Origin: the human T2T-CHM13v2.0 reference genome, Homo sapiens
Strand: one strand, 5' to 3'
DNA: 64,000 bases
Assembly (NCBI RefSeq): GCF_009914755.1
Contig: NC_060947.1
Positions 25,396 through 37,830 of the stretch are shown here, one piece after another. Numbering within the stretch: position 1 is the first letter of the stretch; each line of letters opens with the position of its first letter. Made by a program: the position numbers and the translations under genes. The notes beneath the pieces are model-generated. The model searched no databases. It saw only the letters and a list, made by a program, of their open reading frames with translations, and was not told the origin of the DNA.

Positions 25396-26295
25396 GTCCA
25401 TAACGCCATCACCCAGGAAACAGGGAAATGCTGGTGGTACACAGTCTAAGTCCAACTTTGTTCCATGCTGTGGAACTAGGCATGCAACTCCAAGATTTAC
25501 ACTTGTCTGTGGTAGTCCCAGACCACAGTAGAACTGGGCTCCTGGGTTTTCTTTTGTTTCTAAACATCTGTTTTCTAGATGCCCTCCTAGGCAACTTTCC
25601 AAGGACACACCAGCTCAGCAATGCACCCTCTCTTTTCCTCTTCATGCATGAACACCAGGCTTCTTGCTTGGCAACATCATGCTCCTCAGTCCCTCAGGGA
25701 TGGTCTAAAACCCCCAGAAAGAAGGTGTCAAGATTACTATCCCATTTTTCTTACAAGATCTCTTGCTCCTATGTACATTTGCCCTAACCTTCCCTAGAAA
25801 ATATCAAGTTCCTCCTCCCTGAGCTTCATGGAGGGACAGTCTTTGACAAGCCTTCTCCATAGCGAGGGTTCTACTTGCCTTGTACCCACAAAACAAAAAC
25901 GTCCAGCATCAGTGATGGGCTCTTCATAAACAGAATCGTCTGCTCCTTGGGGATTTGAGGTCTCTTCTGCTAGATATGAGGCAGCCTTTAACTCTTAATG
26001 ATTTGCTTAACTGCTTCCTTGGTTCCTGACCATGTAACTGCCCACTTTTGCTGTTCATAAGACTGACTATTTCTACAACAAAGATAATCTCTTTTGTCTC
26101 TGTATGTCCACTTGTAGCACAGTGGTAACCCTGGCAAGACCCATCCTTACCCAACAAAGCCCCGCCCAACCAACAGTGTTGATTGAAAGAATAAGTGAAT
26201 AATGAGCCAATTAACAATCACCTCCATAGCCTGGCTGGTCAGGATTTCAAGGGATGTGACTGGAGTGGAAAGCTACCTTTTTGTTAAAAAACCTG

Positions 26296-26548
26296 GAGAG
26301 GAGGTGAAGGGGAAGGACAGAAGGAGAAGAAGGAAGAGAGGGAAAGGGAGGCTAAGGAGGGGAAAGGGAAAGGAAGGTCAAAGGTAGAGGGAGAGAAAGA
26401 GGAAGAGAGGAAGAAAGAGAAGGGAGGGGAGAGGTTGGGGAAAGTGCAGGGGGCAAAGGAAGGACAGAGGGAGGGGAAGGGAGAGGAAAAGGAAGAAAAG
26501 AGGAGGAGAAGGAGGAGGAGAAGAAAAGGAAAAGGAGAAAGAGAATGA
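26296..26548. repeat. GA-rich polypurine low-complexity tract
   Basis: About 250 bp nearly all A/G (GGAAGAGAGGAAGAAAGAGAAGGGAGG...). Confidence 0.9.
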
Positions 26549-27399
26549 AGCTCTTGGTAAGAGCCAGGAAAAGTCATTTAGTTAAGCAAGAGCATCCAGT
26601 TCATGGGCTTCCAGGATGGTTAGCCTTAAGCCAAAGACCCATGTTGAACCAGCAAGAATGCAAAACCTTTGTAGCAAGCCAATTTCTCTTAGCCAGGGAG
26701 GCATGCCTCCACGTAGAGGAGCATGGCCACATAAGTACAAGGAGATTTGTCATCCAATTGAAAAGTGTTGTAATCCAAGTAATTTATTTCCAAAGTTAGG
26801 AGGACTTCAAGTTCAGCCTAATATCATCAACTCACAAAACACACTCCCTTATCACACACACTCATACCTGCTTTCTCAGACCATATAAAAATAGGGCCTG
26901 CAGGCCTCAGCTTCCTTTCTCCATCTGTCCACTCCTCACCATACCACAATTCTCCTTTCACAACCCTAGGTTCTCAAGTATTTCCTAGATGATCAGTGGG
27001 AGGCCTGTGCCCCTTTCCTTGATGTGAATCTCTTTACTCACCTCCTACCAACAGCCTCCTTTCATCCAGGAATTGGTAAGAATATGACTGGTGAATCCAT
27101 TTGTAGAAATGCAGTTGCTCATTGTATTAGTTAAAGTAAAGCCAGAACGAGCCTAACACAATGGAAGTGTTTTTTTGTTTGTTTGTTTTTTTTCAGGTAA
27201 AGTACACTTGGTGGAAGAAGCAGGGACTTTTCTTCACACAGTCACTGAGGTGTTCAAACCTATGGAGAGCTCTGCCTCTCTGACAGTAGAAATTCTAATT
27301 CCATTAGTTCAGGGTGGGATGTGTGCACAGAATTTTGTTTTAAGTATCCTGGTGTCTCTCTTGGGCAGCCAGGGCTGAGAATCTCATCCTGTCTTCCAA

Positions 27400-28015
27400 C
27401 ACCATTGTGGGCATCAATATCCAACCCCCAGATATGGGAAATGGAAGAAACACATCAAAGGACCATGTGGGAAATACAGATAGTTTTTGACTTACAGTGG
27501 TTCAACTTACTATGATTAGGCTTACAATTTTATGACTTTACAATGGTGTGAAAGTGATACGCACTCAGTAGAAATTATAATTCAAGTATCCATACAACAA
27601 TTCTCTTTGTCACTTTCAGTACAGTGTTCAGTAAATTACATGAGATATTTAACATTTTATTATAAAACATGCTTTCTATTAGGTAATTTTGCCCAATCAT
27701 AGGCAAACGTGTTCTGAGCATGTTTAAGGTAGGCTATGAGGTTGTGTAGGTTGGGTGCATTAAATGCATTTTCAACTTATAATATTTTCCAATTACAGTG
27801 AGTTTTTCACAGCATAACCCCATCATAAGTCAAGGAGCATCTGTATTTATGGATCGGACCAGGAAGTAATATACATCACTTCTGTCTACATGTAATGGGC
27901 CAGAAGTCAGTCACATGGCCACAATTTACCCCAAGGACCACTGGGAAACATAGTCCAGTTGTGTACCCAGGAACAAAGCAAAATGTTTTTGAGGGACATC
28001 TAGCTAGTCTCCACA
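27400..28015 (-). mobile_element. MaLR LTR (MLT1J-like) split by MER47A
   Basis: CATCACTTCTGTCTACATGTAATGGGCCAGAAGTCAGTCACATGGCCACA...GGGAAACATAGTCCAGTTGTGTACCCAGGA. Confidence 0.7.
27477..27843 (-). mobile_element. MER47A (TcMar-Tigger non-autonomous element), full length
   Basis: TIRs CAGATAGTTTTTGACTTAC / ATAAGTCAAGGAGCATCTG with TA target duplication on both sides; internal GTTCTGAGCATGTTTAAGGTAGGCTA. Confidence 0.9.
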
Positions 28016-28413
28016 TATCCAAGATTATTGCTGTCTCTGAAATATGATCTTAAATTTAGAGAATACATCTCGGTTTTGTTTGTTTTGTATGACAAAAATG
28101 ATATGGAGACTGAGGGAGTTATGAGTTCTAGAAGTCCCTGGGGGAGTTAATGGCATGGCCCTCTATTGACGTAGTCTGACTTGGAGATTGTGAATGATGC
28201 AATGTTCATCAACCTTTGGGCTGATCCAGGGATGTAGCCACAGAACTAATGGCTGTTGGAGGGGGTTATGGTGAGGACTGGGGAGACAAGAGTCTTCTAG
28301 AAAATAATGTGAGAGTCAAGGCTGTGAATGGCAGAACAGAACCTGGGGGAGCAGGGAGAAACAACTGGAAGAGAGAAGAGGAGAAGGGCCGTAGCCTCAA
28401 AAATGGGTGAAAC

Positions 28414-28770
28414 CATATACACTGTGGAATACTATGCAGCCATAAAAAGGATGAGTTCATGTCCTTTGCAGGGACATGGATGAAGCTGAAAACCATCATT
28501 CTTGGCAAACTATCACAAGGACAGAAAACCAAACACTGCATGTTGTCACTCATAGGTGGGAATTGAACAGTGAGTACACTTGGACACAGGGCAGGGAACA
28601 CCACACACCGGGGCCTATCGGGGGGTGGGGGGCTGGGGGAGGGATAGCATTAGGAGAAATACCTAATGTAAATGAGGAGTTGAGGGGTGCAGCACACCAA
28701 CATGGCACATGTATACCTATGTATCAAACCTGCACATTGTGCACATGTACCCTAGAACTTAAAGTTAAAA
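28414..28770 (+). mobile_element. 5'-truncated L1PA (about L1PA4-7) 3' end
   Basis: GGGATAGCATTAGGAGAAATACCTAATGTAAATG...CATGTACCCTAGAACTTAAAGT plus A-tail; 15-bp near-TSD AAAAATGGGTGAAAC/AAAAATGGATGAAAC. Confidence 0.95.
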
Positions 28771-30093
28771 AAAAATGGATGAAACACAGCCCTTGTCTTT
28801 AGGAATTCATAAACTCTAGGGAAATAACAGGTGTTTGCCCAGGTCCTCATAGTGGAATGCTAACTGAATGGATGAATGGGTCTAATGCACAGCCTGGTCT
28901 TTCAGGCTAACAGTTTTTCAAAGTTATTGTGCCACTGAGACTTTTGAGAGTGAATGAGGTTGCTAACTAGATAAGGTACTGAAGTAACAGAAATAAACTG
29001 GCACTGTCCCAGGAAAACTGGACAAAATAGTTACCCCATTCATGGAAGTCCTATCAATCCATACACCATGGGCATTCCCTCCAGGGCCCACCCTCTGAAA
29101 AAGGTGGACATGATTTGAGGCTTGTGGGACTTTCTTGCAAACATATGTGCTCCATAAAGCTGAGAAGCTGCAGATGTCCTTGCAATAAAAATCCATAAAC
29201 TAACACCTTTTCCTCAGCAACTGAGAGGTTCTGGACACCTACTCACTGCTTAAGCTCTTCTTTTATCATTTATGAGCATTTCCCAAACATCTCCTTCTCA
29301 AGCCTTCACAGAAGTCGGTTGAATCTGAAACTCTTAGCAGGTCCCTGAACCACACAGCTAAAAAATTACATGCCATGCACATCTGCAGTGAGGAACGTGA
29401 GGCTTTCTAGGGGAGATTTATTGCCTCCCTTCCCTCCACCTCTTGGAAGGTTTCTGGATGCTGTTCCTTGTGTATAGCATGTGCCTCCGGCTTATCACTA
29501 CAGTAAGTATAAAAGCAATTAATTTTTCCCCCTTTTGGAAAGTGGAAGTTTTAACCGCACTTGAATACCATTTGCATTTCTGATTTCTATCAAGTTCACA
29601 CTTCCAGCAAAGAGAGTCCTGCTGATATAATTTTTTTATTGCATATTCTCTAGTAGGAAGCTGCTTCTTTTGCCTCTAAAGCAGAAAACATGTACACATT
29701 GGGAGGTGCTCAGCTCTTGACCTCTTCTTCAGGTTAAATCACCTTATTGGTATTAGGGAGGCGAGGACAGGTGGGGAAACTTGGAGCAGGGCCCTTCTGC
29801 ATTTTTATATAGATGCTCACATATGCTGAGCTTGTGAAAATTAGTTGCCCGATTTGAGTGAGGTGGGCAGGTTTCAAAAGCCATCTCTTTGTACCTGGTT
29901 GTAATTTGCTCATACATTCAGAGAAATTTTATTAAGACATACCAGATTTATTTCTTGGTTTTTTTCACTGGTTTATATCCTTTTACACTGTTCTGCTTCT
30001 ACATCATTATTTAGACCTACAGAATATTTAGGTTATGAGGGGCCCAAGGAACCATGTGATCTGCTGATCTTCTCATGTTATAAGTGAGGAGAC

Positions 30094-30902
30094 TATGGTA
30101 GGTCGAATAAATGGTCCTGATGCTTCTTCACCCCAACCTGCAGTCGCATCATGGTCATGGCATATCATGGGTGGAGCATACTTTCTACCTCTTGATTTGG
30201 GGCCAACTGACTTGCTTTGGCCAGTGGAGTGGGACTTATGCTAGTTCTAAGCCTAGGCCTTAACAGGTCTCACATATTTCCACTTCCTCCTGATACCTCT
30301 GCTGTTGCAGAGAACATGCCTGTTGTCTTAGTCCATTTGTACTGCTATAACAGAATACCTCAGAAATTTATTTATTTCATAGTTCTGGAGGCTGGAAGTC
30401 CAAGATCAAGGCACTGACACCTGGGTGAGGGCCTTCTTGCTGCTTCTTCATGTGGCAGAAGGTGGGAGGGCAAGACAGATGAACTCTGTGCCCTCACATG
30501 GCAGAAGAGCAGAAGAGAGTGAACCCACTCCTACAAGCATTATCAGCATTAATTCATTCATGAGAGCAGAGCCTTCATAATCTAAACACCTTCCAAGAGG
30601 CCCCACCTCCCAACACTGTTGCATTGGAGATTAAATTTCAAACATATGAATTTTGGAGGAGACAAAACCATTCAAACCATAACAGCTGTCTAGCCCACTA
30701 GCATGTGGAGCAGAGTTAGCCCATCCAAGCCCCAGTCCTGTGATATGAAGCAGAACCACTACAGTCTGAAGCATTGCTGCTAAGCTGAGCCCAGACTAGA
30801 TTGGCCAAACCCCAGCCGACCCGCAGATCTGTGATACTAATTGTTATTGTTGTATGCTACTAAGACTGTGGGTATTTTTACATGCAATAGCTAACCAATA
30901 CA
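30094..30902 (+). mobile_element. MaLR LTR (MLT1H-like) inserted in a MIR and split by an MST LTR
   Basis: TATGGTAGGTCGAATAAATGG...GACTTGCTTTGGCCAGTGG...GCAATAGCTAACCAATACA; near-TSD GAGAC/GACAC within MIR GAGGAAACTGAGG. Confidence 0.78.
30324..30684 (-). mobile_element. MaLR solo LTR, MSTD-like
   Basis: TGTCTTAGTCCATTTGTACTGCTATAACAGAATACC...ATTCAAACCATAACA; near-TSD CCTGT/GCTGT. Confidence 0.88.
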
Positions 30903-31899
30903 GACACTGAAGTTCAGAGGGGAAAGGTGGCCCTGTCATCGTCACACAGCTGGCTTGTGTCAAAGGCAAGATTAGAACCCATGCCCTCTGCTCTTAGCCC
31001 TGTAGGAGTTACCCCAGGATTTTCACACACATGTGAAAGATGCTGTTTGGTCGTAGGTCTTGCAGCTTTTGGAAAATGTAGTTTGTAACAAATCGTTGAG
31101 AGAAAACAGATGAAACTTTACATGGCTCCAGGGATTAATAATGTAACAGGGATTGTTCCACTTCTGGTTTGAAGTGAATCTGAACTGGCTGTTCCACCCT
31201 GTCTCCTCCTCGTCTCTGACAGCTGTGGAGCTCCCCAGGAGGAAGGGTTTAATGGCTTGGGAGCTGCTCCAAATAGCATCTGCAAGAACCAGATCTTGAG
31301 CAGCCCTGGAGACCAACAATGACTGGAGCTGAGATTTGGCCCTTTTCTAGACAAGCAGGAAGCCCAAGCCCCAACCTCAGCACTCCCAGACCCAGGCCAG
31401 CCTATGTGAGAAACACAAGGAAGACCCTAGAAAGATAAGCTGTCCCCACATCCCAACTCTTTCCCTACAAATGTTGAAATCCCATGTTTAGAACTTTATT
31501 TCCTTATGCTCATTAGCCCTGAGATGCTAGTATGTGATGGCATGCACTTAGAGAAGAAGTCACACTTGCTCTTATATTAGCCATTTATACCTCCCTGCAA
31601 ATAATGATCCCACCCCATTTTCCAGGAGTTACCACCTACTGACCTGTCTCACCTTGGCCTGCAGAGAAGAAATACCTGTCATAATTAGAGTGGCTGGCAG
31701 AACTTCTGTGTATTACATTTTCTTACCAGTGGCTGCATAGCTGCTTGCTTCCTGGCATAACTCTGGAGCTTTTATCATACTAAAGGACTCTTTCTTTTCA
31801 CCATCTTTAAAGCACTCTGTCTTGATATGGGCTTTGGCTCCAGATGGAGGGTGGGTATGAGAAATGGGGAAAAGAAAATCTCAGGATTCCATATAATTA

Positions 31900-32062
31900 T
31901 ATGTCTGATATTCTATCAATATCTTCCTCCATTCTATGTTATAAGTTCAAGGAAGGGAGAGATTACATCTCTCTCATTCTCTCATATACCTAGTTCATAT
32001 CACAGTACCAGGCACATAAGGAGCATCAGTAAATATTATACAAGTGAATGAATGAATGCTTG
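31900..32062 (+). mobile_element. L2 3' end
   Basis: CACAGTACCAGGCACATAAGGAGCATCAGTAAATATT...TGAATGAATGAATG. Confidence 0.75.
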
Positions 32063-32682
32063 AACAAATGAACACAGCTGTTCTGGTGATAACCCACAGA
32101 TGACATCTTTGCACACCCAGCCTGCCACAGTTCAGCATGTCAGACCTGGGCCTGTGGGCCCTTTGGCATCTGGTTGAGGCCCCTCTGCTGCTCCCTATGG
32201 CACCATGCCACACTAAGCTTGTCTCAACACATCAGTCACTGCTGAGCTGACATCTCTATCAAACAGGCCTCTCATGACTAGAAGATACAGGGAAGAGGAT
32301 GGAAACTGTGGCAGCCAGGGCAAGTGATCAAACTCTGCTGCCCAGTCCCAACCCTGAATCCGCTGCCAGGAGATGGTGAGCTGGCAGCATCTGCTGCTGT
32401 CTGGGACCAAGGCTGTTCATCTAGTGCCTGGTGCCAGCTGGGCAGCAGAGCAAAGTCACCATGCATAGAGGAGTCCAGACTGGCAGGTGCCACCAACTGC
32501 CTATGAAAAGGAGGAGAGTCTGACAGGAAGTGTCTGATGAGGTGTTCATGTGGCCTTTATCCTCACTCACTGCCATGAGAGGTTATCCTCACTCATGCCT
32601 GAGTTCAGTTCAGAGGGAGCAAGAGAAAAAAAAAAATCCTGTTTTCCCCTGCGTGCTTCTAATTTCTCTAGTCCACGTATAC

Positions 32683-33163
32683 TGCTTAAGTGTGGGTTAC
32701 CCTGAAAGCAGACTCTAAGATAAGGAATGGGTTCAGGCAGTTTATTTGGGAGATGATCCCACAAAGCATGGATGAGGGAGCAGGGAAGGGAGGAAAGCCA
32801 GTTTAGTGTGTGCTAATGAGCTGTGGATGCTTGCTGGAGATCGGTCCTGCTGAGAACCCTCTGAGAAACCAGGTGGAGTACACCTCAGGGAATGGGAGGC
32901 TGGGTATTTATCCAACAACTTCCTGCACCCCATTGCTTGAGGATTGACCTCTGGGACATTAACTCCCTTACATTTCCAAAGTCGTGCCTGTGCTGAGCTA
33001 AGAAGACTCCCAGGGTGCTGGAACAAATCATCAGGCAGAGAAGCTGAGAGGTACAGGTCCTTGCAGAGGGAGAGCTGTAGTGTGCTCTAGAATTGTCCAC
33101 CTCAACTGCAATGAAGTCAGGTAGGTCTAGACAGTATGGGTGGGCTATCACCAGGGTCTGCAT
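32683..33163 (-). mobile_element. ERVL solo LTR, LTR33/LTR16 family
   Basis: GGGTTACCCTGAAAGCAGACTCTAAGATAAGG...AGTTTATTTGGGAGATGATCCC...GGAGGCTGGGTATTTATCC. Confidence 0.82.
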
Positions 33164-33739
33164 ATTTTGCTTACAAATGTTCTAGAGCTAGAAAACATGG
33201 GTCCCAGGCCTCTTCCATGTAGCTGAGAGGTCTTAGCCAAGTAAGCTCCCCCTCAGCCTTGACTATTCCATCCAGAAATACATATATATTAGATTTTGTC
33301 CATCTAACTTTGAGGGACTGTTATGGGAACCAAATTAAATCAGAGAATCAAATATGAATTATTTCATTAACATAAAATCCTCTTCCTTTAATTAACTTAC
33401 CCAAAAAGCTATATTGTTCACCTGTCAGTAGGTTAAATATGAAGAGTTTCCAAGGATACGAGTTGTCAAAGATACTTTAAGAAACTGAGGGTAAAATTCA
33501 GTTTCAGATAAGAATGTGTCAATGAGTCAATCTGCAGTGGGTTCCAGATATTTCTCTATATACATTTGGCCACATGGAAAGGAAGACTGTCATTACCTCA
33601 TTCAAAGAATTCTTCCCAGATTTGGCTGGCCCTGCTTCAGCTTGAGTTATTATCCTCCCCTTCATGCAATCTCCTTCCCCACAAATTCTCCTGTTTCTCA
33701 GGGTGATGCTAAGAACTTCTCTGCCTCCTCGGTTCCCCG

Positions 33740-34222
33740 TTATATTAGTTGAGGCAATGCTGACAGCTATAACTTATGAACATCCACAAACTCAAGGGCT
33801 TATGACAACAAAAATTGTTTTACTATCACTCACATGACAATCCAGCCTGGGTGATCCTAGTTGGGCAGAACCCCTCCATACAATGATCCAAGAACCCAAG
33901 CACTTTCCATCTTGTGGCTTTGCCATCTTCAACACAAGGCTCTCAAAGTTGCCATCTTCCATACAAGGCTCTCAAAGTTGCTTTGAAGTTGTTCTCTATT
34001 TGCAGCCAATTGGAGAGGGAAAAAAAACGGAAGATGGAATGGAAGGTTTTCAACAATCCAAGTCTGGAAGTATTGCACGTCACCACTTGCACCCATGTTC
34101 TTTCGGCCTGAACTCAGTTAACATGGCCAAAACTAACCACAAGAGAAGCTGAGAATTATGGTCTACCCGAGTGCCCAGAAAGAAGAGAAAATGGCTTCAG
34201 TGGTCAGATAACAATTGCCAAC
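33740..34222 (-). mobile_element. MaLR LTR, MLT1I/J-like
   Basis: CTTTCCATCTTGTGGCTTTGCCATC...GAACTCAGTTAACATGGCCAAAACTAACCACAAGAGAAGCTGAGAA. Confidence 0.75.
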
Positions 34223-34574
34223 ATAGCTTTGATATTTATCTGATCAAAAAAGAGCTAGATCAGGTGGGAGTTCAGCAGACCAGGAGTCATTGCCAGGAAG
34301 CAAGTCAAGTCCAGGGAAGTCAGATGAGGCAAGTGATGAGAGCCAAGCAGAGATCATGGTTGAAGAAGCCAGCACTGTAGCTTTATCTTACTCATTGGTG
34401 CCTATATACCCACCAACTTACCACCCAGAAATGCTTAATTTTCCTCAAAACACTATAAACTTCCAGGTCTTTGCTCTTATTTCTTCTCCTGACTGGAGCC
34501 TCTTTCAACTTCATCTAGCTGATCAATCATATGATAGCTCCAAGGAACCATATTAATGCACTTACTTCTGGCAT

Positions 34575-34995
34575 TAATGCCCTTCTGTAATCTCCCCTTG
34601 AATCTGGGCCGGTCTCCTACGATTACCTTTAAGTGACACTTGAATAGCTACAGGCCTAATATTTAAGAAGACTTGGCAGCTTTTGTTTTTCTGTTCTTGG
34701 GAGCCTGATTCACTGTCTAAGAAATCCAGCTGACTCTGTAAGAGAAAACACGTGAAAAAAACTATGTGGACAGAGGCCCAAGACTACTTGGAGAGAAAGA
34801 AAATCTCAGCTGAATTCAGCCATCAGCCAAACTGCCTGCTGAATTCAATCATAAAAGTGATTACCAGCAAAGCTAGCAGAAGAGTCACCTAGCTGATCCC
34901 AGCCCAGATTGCAGAATCACGAGCAAAATAAAACGTTGTTTGAAGATAAGTACTGGAGTGGTTTTAGGCAGCACTGGATACCTGCTGGATACCTG
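34575..34995 (+). mobile_element. MaLR LTR, MLT1F/G-like
   Basis: CTCCCCTTGAATCTGGGC...AGCAGAAGAGTCACCTAGCTGATCCCAGCCCAGATTGCAGAATCACGAGCAAAATAAAA. Confidence 0.78.
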
Positions 34996-35139
34996 GTTCA
35001 ATGTCTATCAAGTTTCATGCCAGCCTCTGCCTCTTCTTAGATGCATTTTCCTTATTTCTCTCTCTACTTTCTCTAACACTTCCCTCTTAGCATGGTTAAG
35101 AATCTGACTTTTTAGATGCACTTCCACAGAATCCTACAC

Positions 35140-35325
35140 ACATATCTCTTCTACCGTTTCTCACTCAGTATCATATAATTTACTTTCTTGTCCCTCTACC
35201 TTTAAGGGCTGTGCACTTTTTGAAAACTGGAACCAAATCTTATTCCTTTCTGTGTTGTTTGTGCCTAATACAGTGTCTTCTCAGACAAGTAGGTGCTCAA
35301 AAGTGATTCTTAAATAATAAATCAC
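35140..35325 (+). mobile_element. L2 3' end
   Basis: GTGCCTAATACAGTGTCTTC...AGTAGGTGCTCAAAAGTG. Confidence 0.65.
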
Positions 35326-35503
35326 TGTTTCTTAATTTGTTCATGAACTTGAATATAAGTGGTGTCTAAGAGAAAGAGAGACCAAGGGAATAAGAAGGTG
35401 TGCCTTCAACCCAAAAATTCATAAAGGAAATTCAGAACAGGTCCGTGTGAGAGAATTGTGCTGGATAACTGGATTCACTTTTCTCAAACTCCAGTTGAAC
35501 CAC

Positions 35504-36340
35504 TTTCTATTTGGGTATATTGGAAAGCTAAAAACTACATATTGGGAGAAAAGCGAATCCTTACACACTGTTGGTGGAAATGTAAATTAGTACAGTATTA
35601 TGGAAAACAGTATGGAGGTTCCTCAAAAAATTAAAACTATAATTGCCATATGATCCAGCAATCCCACTGCTGGGTATATATCCAAAGGAAATGAAATCAG
35701 TATATCAAAGAGATGTCTGCATTTCCATGTTCATTGCAGTGCTATTCACAATAGCCATATATGGAATCAGCCCAAGTGTCCAACAACAGATGAATGGATA
35801 AAGGAAATGTGGTATATATTCACAATGGAATACTATTCAGTCATAAAAAAAGAATAAAATTGTCATTTTCGACAATGTGAATGGATGAACCTGGAAGCCA
35901 TATGTTAAGTGAAATAAACCAGGCACAGAAAAACAATACATGATCTCACTTATACGAACAATCTTAAAATTTTTTGATCTCGTAGAAACAGTGAATAGAA
36001 CAGTGGTTACCGGAGATTGAAGAGTATGGGGGAAGAGGGGATAAGAAGAGGCTGATCAATGGGTAAAAAGATGCATCTAGAAAGAAAGAACAAGTGCTAG
36101 TGTCCTATTATACAGTAGGGTGACTATAGTCAACAATAAGGTATTGTATATCTCAAAATAGGTAGAAGAGCAGTTTTATATGTTTCCACCACAAAGAAAT
36201 GATAAATGTTTGAGGTAATGGATATGCTAATTGTTCTGATTTGCTCATTACAAGATGCATACATTTATCAAAACATCACACAATACCGCATAAATTTGTA
36301 CAATTATTATGTGTCAATTAAAAATGTAAAACAAAATAAA
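35504..36340 (+). mobile_element. 5'-truncated L1MA (about L1MA5-8) 3' end, apparently inside an older LTR-like relic
   Basis: ACACTGTTGGTGGAAATGTAAATTAGTACAG, ATATGATCCAGCAATCCCACTGCTGGGTATATATCC, tail CAATTATTATGTGTCAATTAAAAA. Confidence 0.9.
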
Positions 36341-37124
36341 CCATATTTTGAACATTACTTTAGAACTAGAGTTCTGCCCATTTGATATAATTCTGAGAGA
36401 TTTGGAAGGTGAAAGGGAGGTGTAGGTCATCTTTCCAAGGCAATTCAGGTGGCCAAGTAGGCTCTGGCCACATGAATCCTGTCAGTAACTGGACACCATA
36501 GTCTGCTGTGTGGTCAGCAGCTTTATGGATGCAGGTGGCTGTGGAGGCAGTGAGAGTAAGTTTCCTGACATCTGGGTTATAGCTGTATGGAAAAAGTGCT
36601 GCAAGGGCATGGGACACTGGAAAATACCATTGGCTTTGGTCCAATGATTGCTGACAGGCCTGGTGGTCAAGAGCAAGAGAAGATTCCAATAATTGGGAGA
36701 CATTATTTCCTCATGTGCCAAGGATACCTAATCAGAGGATGTCTCTGGGAGCTTCCTGAGAACAGGGACCACATGGCTGAAATCCAACATTTCGATTCAA
36801 CATACCATCTGGAGGAGCTGGGCAGCATGAATACAAGATCAGCATCGGGGGCAGGGAGATTCTGTATCTTGTCTAGAGTCTGTGAAAAGAATCCAAGCTA
36901 AAACTCAAAAGATGGGGTACTGTGGGGTGAGTCTCAACACCATACAGTCAACCACATTTTATAACATGGTGTTGATAAGGCTCTGAGTGAGGCAATGTTG
37001 ATTTGTCAATGATGTATATTTTCCCAGAGGCCAGAACATAAATTAAAATTTACTCTACTTTCCTGACAAAAGAAAATTTTAAAACACCGAACCCTTCCTG
37101 CAAGGGACATCTCTATGTAAATGA

Positions 37125-37365
37125 TGGAAACAAGATCGCATAATGGTTTGGAGCAAGGACTTTCACATCAAGAAGACCCGGGTTTGAGTCTCAACTCTAT
37201 CACTTTCCAGTTGTTTAATGTAAAATGAGTTAATTATCCTCACTGAGGCCCTATTTTTTAGTTTGAAAACCCTCATATGTTGCTGTGATGATTAAATTAA
37301 ATGTTGCCTTTGAAAGCACATAACACAATGCCTGGCAAACAGTAAGTGCTTAAAAAATGATGGCC
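37125..37365 (+). mobile_element. MIR SINE
   Basis: AGAAGACCCGGGTTTGAGTCTC...ACAATGCCTGGCAAACAGTAAGTGCTTAA. Confidence 0.75.
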
Positions 37366-37574
37366 ACTAACCCAGTGGATTGTGAGAAATAATCAAAAGC
37401 CAGTCTAGGGTAATTTACTCACATGGAATCTATTGTTAGCATTTGAAAATTCTTTGAATGATAAAAAAGAGACATAAAATTAAGATATTATTTATAAATA
37501 TATTTATATTCATAATATAATACTAAATAGAAAAAAATGACATTTTCTGTAACTGACAATGATAAAATATTCAT

Positions 37575-37830
37575 TTTAATATTTAATTATTAAAGGTTTA
37601 CAATATGCCAAGTGTTGTGAAGCACCTTATATGCACTAAATTATTTAATATTCTGAAAAATCCTATAAGTTAGATACTATTATTACTCTCATCTTACAGA
37701 TGAGGAAACTCAGGGCACAGAAAGACTAAGGAACTTACCCAAGGTCACACAGCTAGTAGGGTGCTGAGTTCAAATTTATCCCCAGCTGCTCTAACTAATC
37801 AGCAATTAACCACTACCATAAAATGCCTCT
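37575..37830 (-). mobile_element. MIR SINE
   Basis: CATCTTACAGATGAGGAAACTCAGGGCACAGAAAGACTAAGGAACTTACCCAAGGTCACACAGCTAGT. Confidence 0.85.

Noticed and set aside
28618-28645. G-quadruplex-like run
   Set aside because: Standard G-rich tract of the L1PA 3' UTR.
34974-34995. 11-bp tandem duplication CTGGATACCTG and similar micro-duplications at ~9279, ~20239 and ~43084
   Set aside because: Common slippage events with no sign of function.
36340-36900. Possible ancient LTR continuing across the L1MA
   Set aside because: Resemblance too weak to name or bound without a profile search.
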